Part shown: piece by piece, positions 63,588 through 64,000 of the stretch
Layout of the letters: the number at the start of each line of letters is the position of its first letter
How positions within the stretch are numbered: position 1 is the stretch's first letter
Origin: Calcarisporiella thermophila CBS 279.70
Taxonomy: Eukaryota > Fungi > Calcarisporiellomycota
Direction: 5' to 3'
Length of the DNA: 64,000 bases
Assembly (NCBI RefSeq): GCF_041956535.1
Contig: NW_027192213.1
Location: forward strand, 474,336-538,335
The notes under the pieces: model-generated
What the model saw: only the letters and a program-made list of their open reading frames with translations
Told to the model about the DNA's origin: nothing
Databases searched by the model: none
Position numbers and translations under genes: made by a program

Positions 63588-64000
63588 TTTTTTTTTAACA
63601 AAAGACCTTTATTGAAAAGTGTCCTATCCTGTTAAAAAGGTAGGGTAGCTTCTACGTCAAAATCACCCAGGTAATGCTCCTGGCCTACCTTGCAGAATTT
63701 GGAGGATAGAAGGAAAAAGAAAGAAAGGAAGAAAAAGATATAAGTGTAAGAGGAAGAGAGAAAAGGTGATGAGGAAAGAGCTAGGAAAGTATGGAAATAG
63801 CAATTAGCTTAAAAAAGAAGTGGATAGGAATAACTGTAAGAGGGGGGGATAAAAGTTGTGTGCAATGGTATTAAGATAGGCTGCTTATGTACATGAATTA
63901 ACGAAAAGAAATGAAGGATTGAAAAAGTAAAGGAAGAGGAAAGGAGAAAGAAAAAAAAAGAAAAAAAGAAGAAAGAGTATGGAAAAGAACGATAGAGGGG
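63588..64000 (-). mobile_element. 3' end of a further retroelement-like unit (B), running off the right window edge
   Basis: Pyrimidine-rich tract on the minus strand, the same structured module as SINE A (63691-63636), AATAAA (63613-63608) and an A9 tail. Confidence 0.5.

Noticed and set aside
62593-63691. Hammerhead or HDV ribozyme, or LTR pair, as the explanation of the 55-nt repeat
   Set aside because: No CTGANGA/GAAA core on either strand, no recognisable HDV nested pseudoknot, and no TG..CA termini or internal gag/pol.

Overview
This is eukaryotic, intron-rich, gene-dense genomic DNA with short (mostly ~55-110 nt) GT-AG introns. It looks like an early-diverging fungus, probably Mucoromycota; that is an inference from gene content and intron style. 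About 29 protein-coding genes fill positions 1-61.8 kb: an ACSL-like ligase, a short KDM5/JARID1 demethylase, BolA3, a DUF5321-like protein, a MOT1 molybdate transporter, a bHLH factor, UTP17, a Rom2-type RhoGEF, a short Sin3 paralog, a GH92 mannosidase, Iks1 kinase, ALG10, an intronless GT4, mitochondrial ACP, UBE2T, an SRSF7-like SR protein, URM1, an orphan ORF, a histidine phosphatase, a bZIP factor, MGM1, Air1/2, HSP10, a HAD hydrolase, GUK1, HDA1/Clr3, a 58-aa membrane peptide, a LAPTM-like tetraspan protein and a VTC subunit. A 507-nt N-gap is probably a false gap. The most unusual region is the last ~1.75 kb, which has no intact genes and reads as a head-to-tail stack of non-LTR retroelement pieces. 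It holds two tRNA-headed SINE candidates with a shared terminal motif, one with a 76-nt CCA-ending tRNA mimic. It also holds two inverted copies of a LINE-like ORF2 3' end, and a ~55-nt three-way-junction motif present twice with its stems largely preserved. Exon boundaries were read by eye, so multi-exon coordinates are gene spans. No database searches were run.
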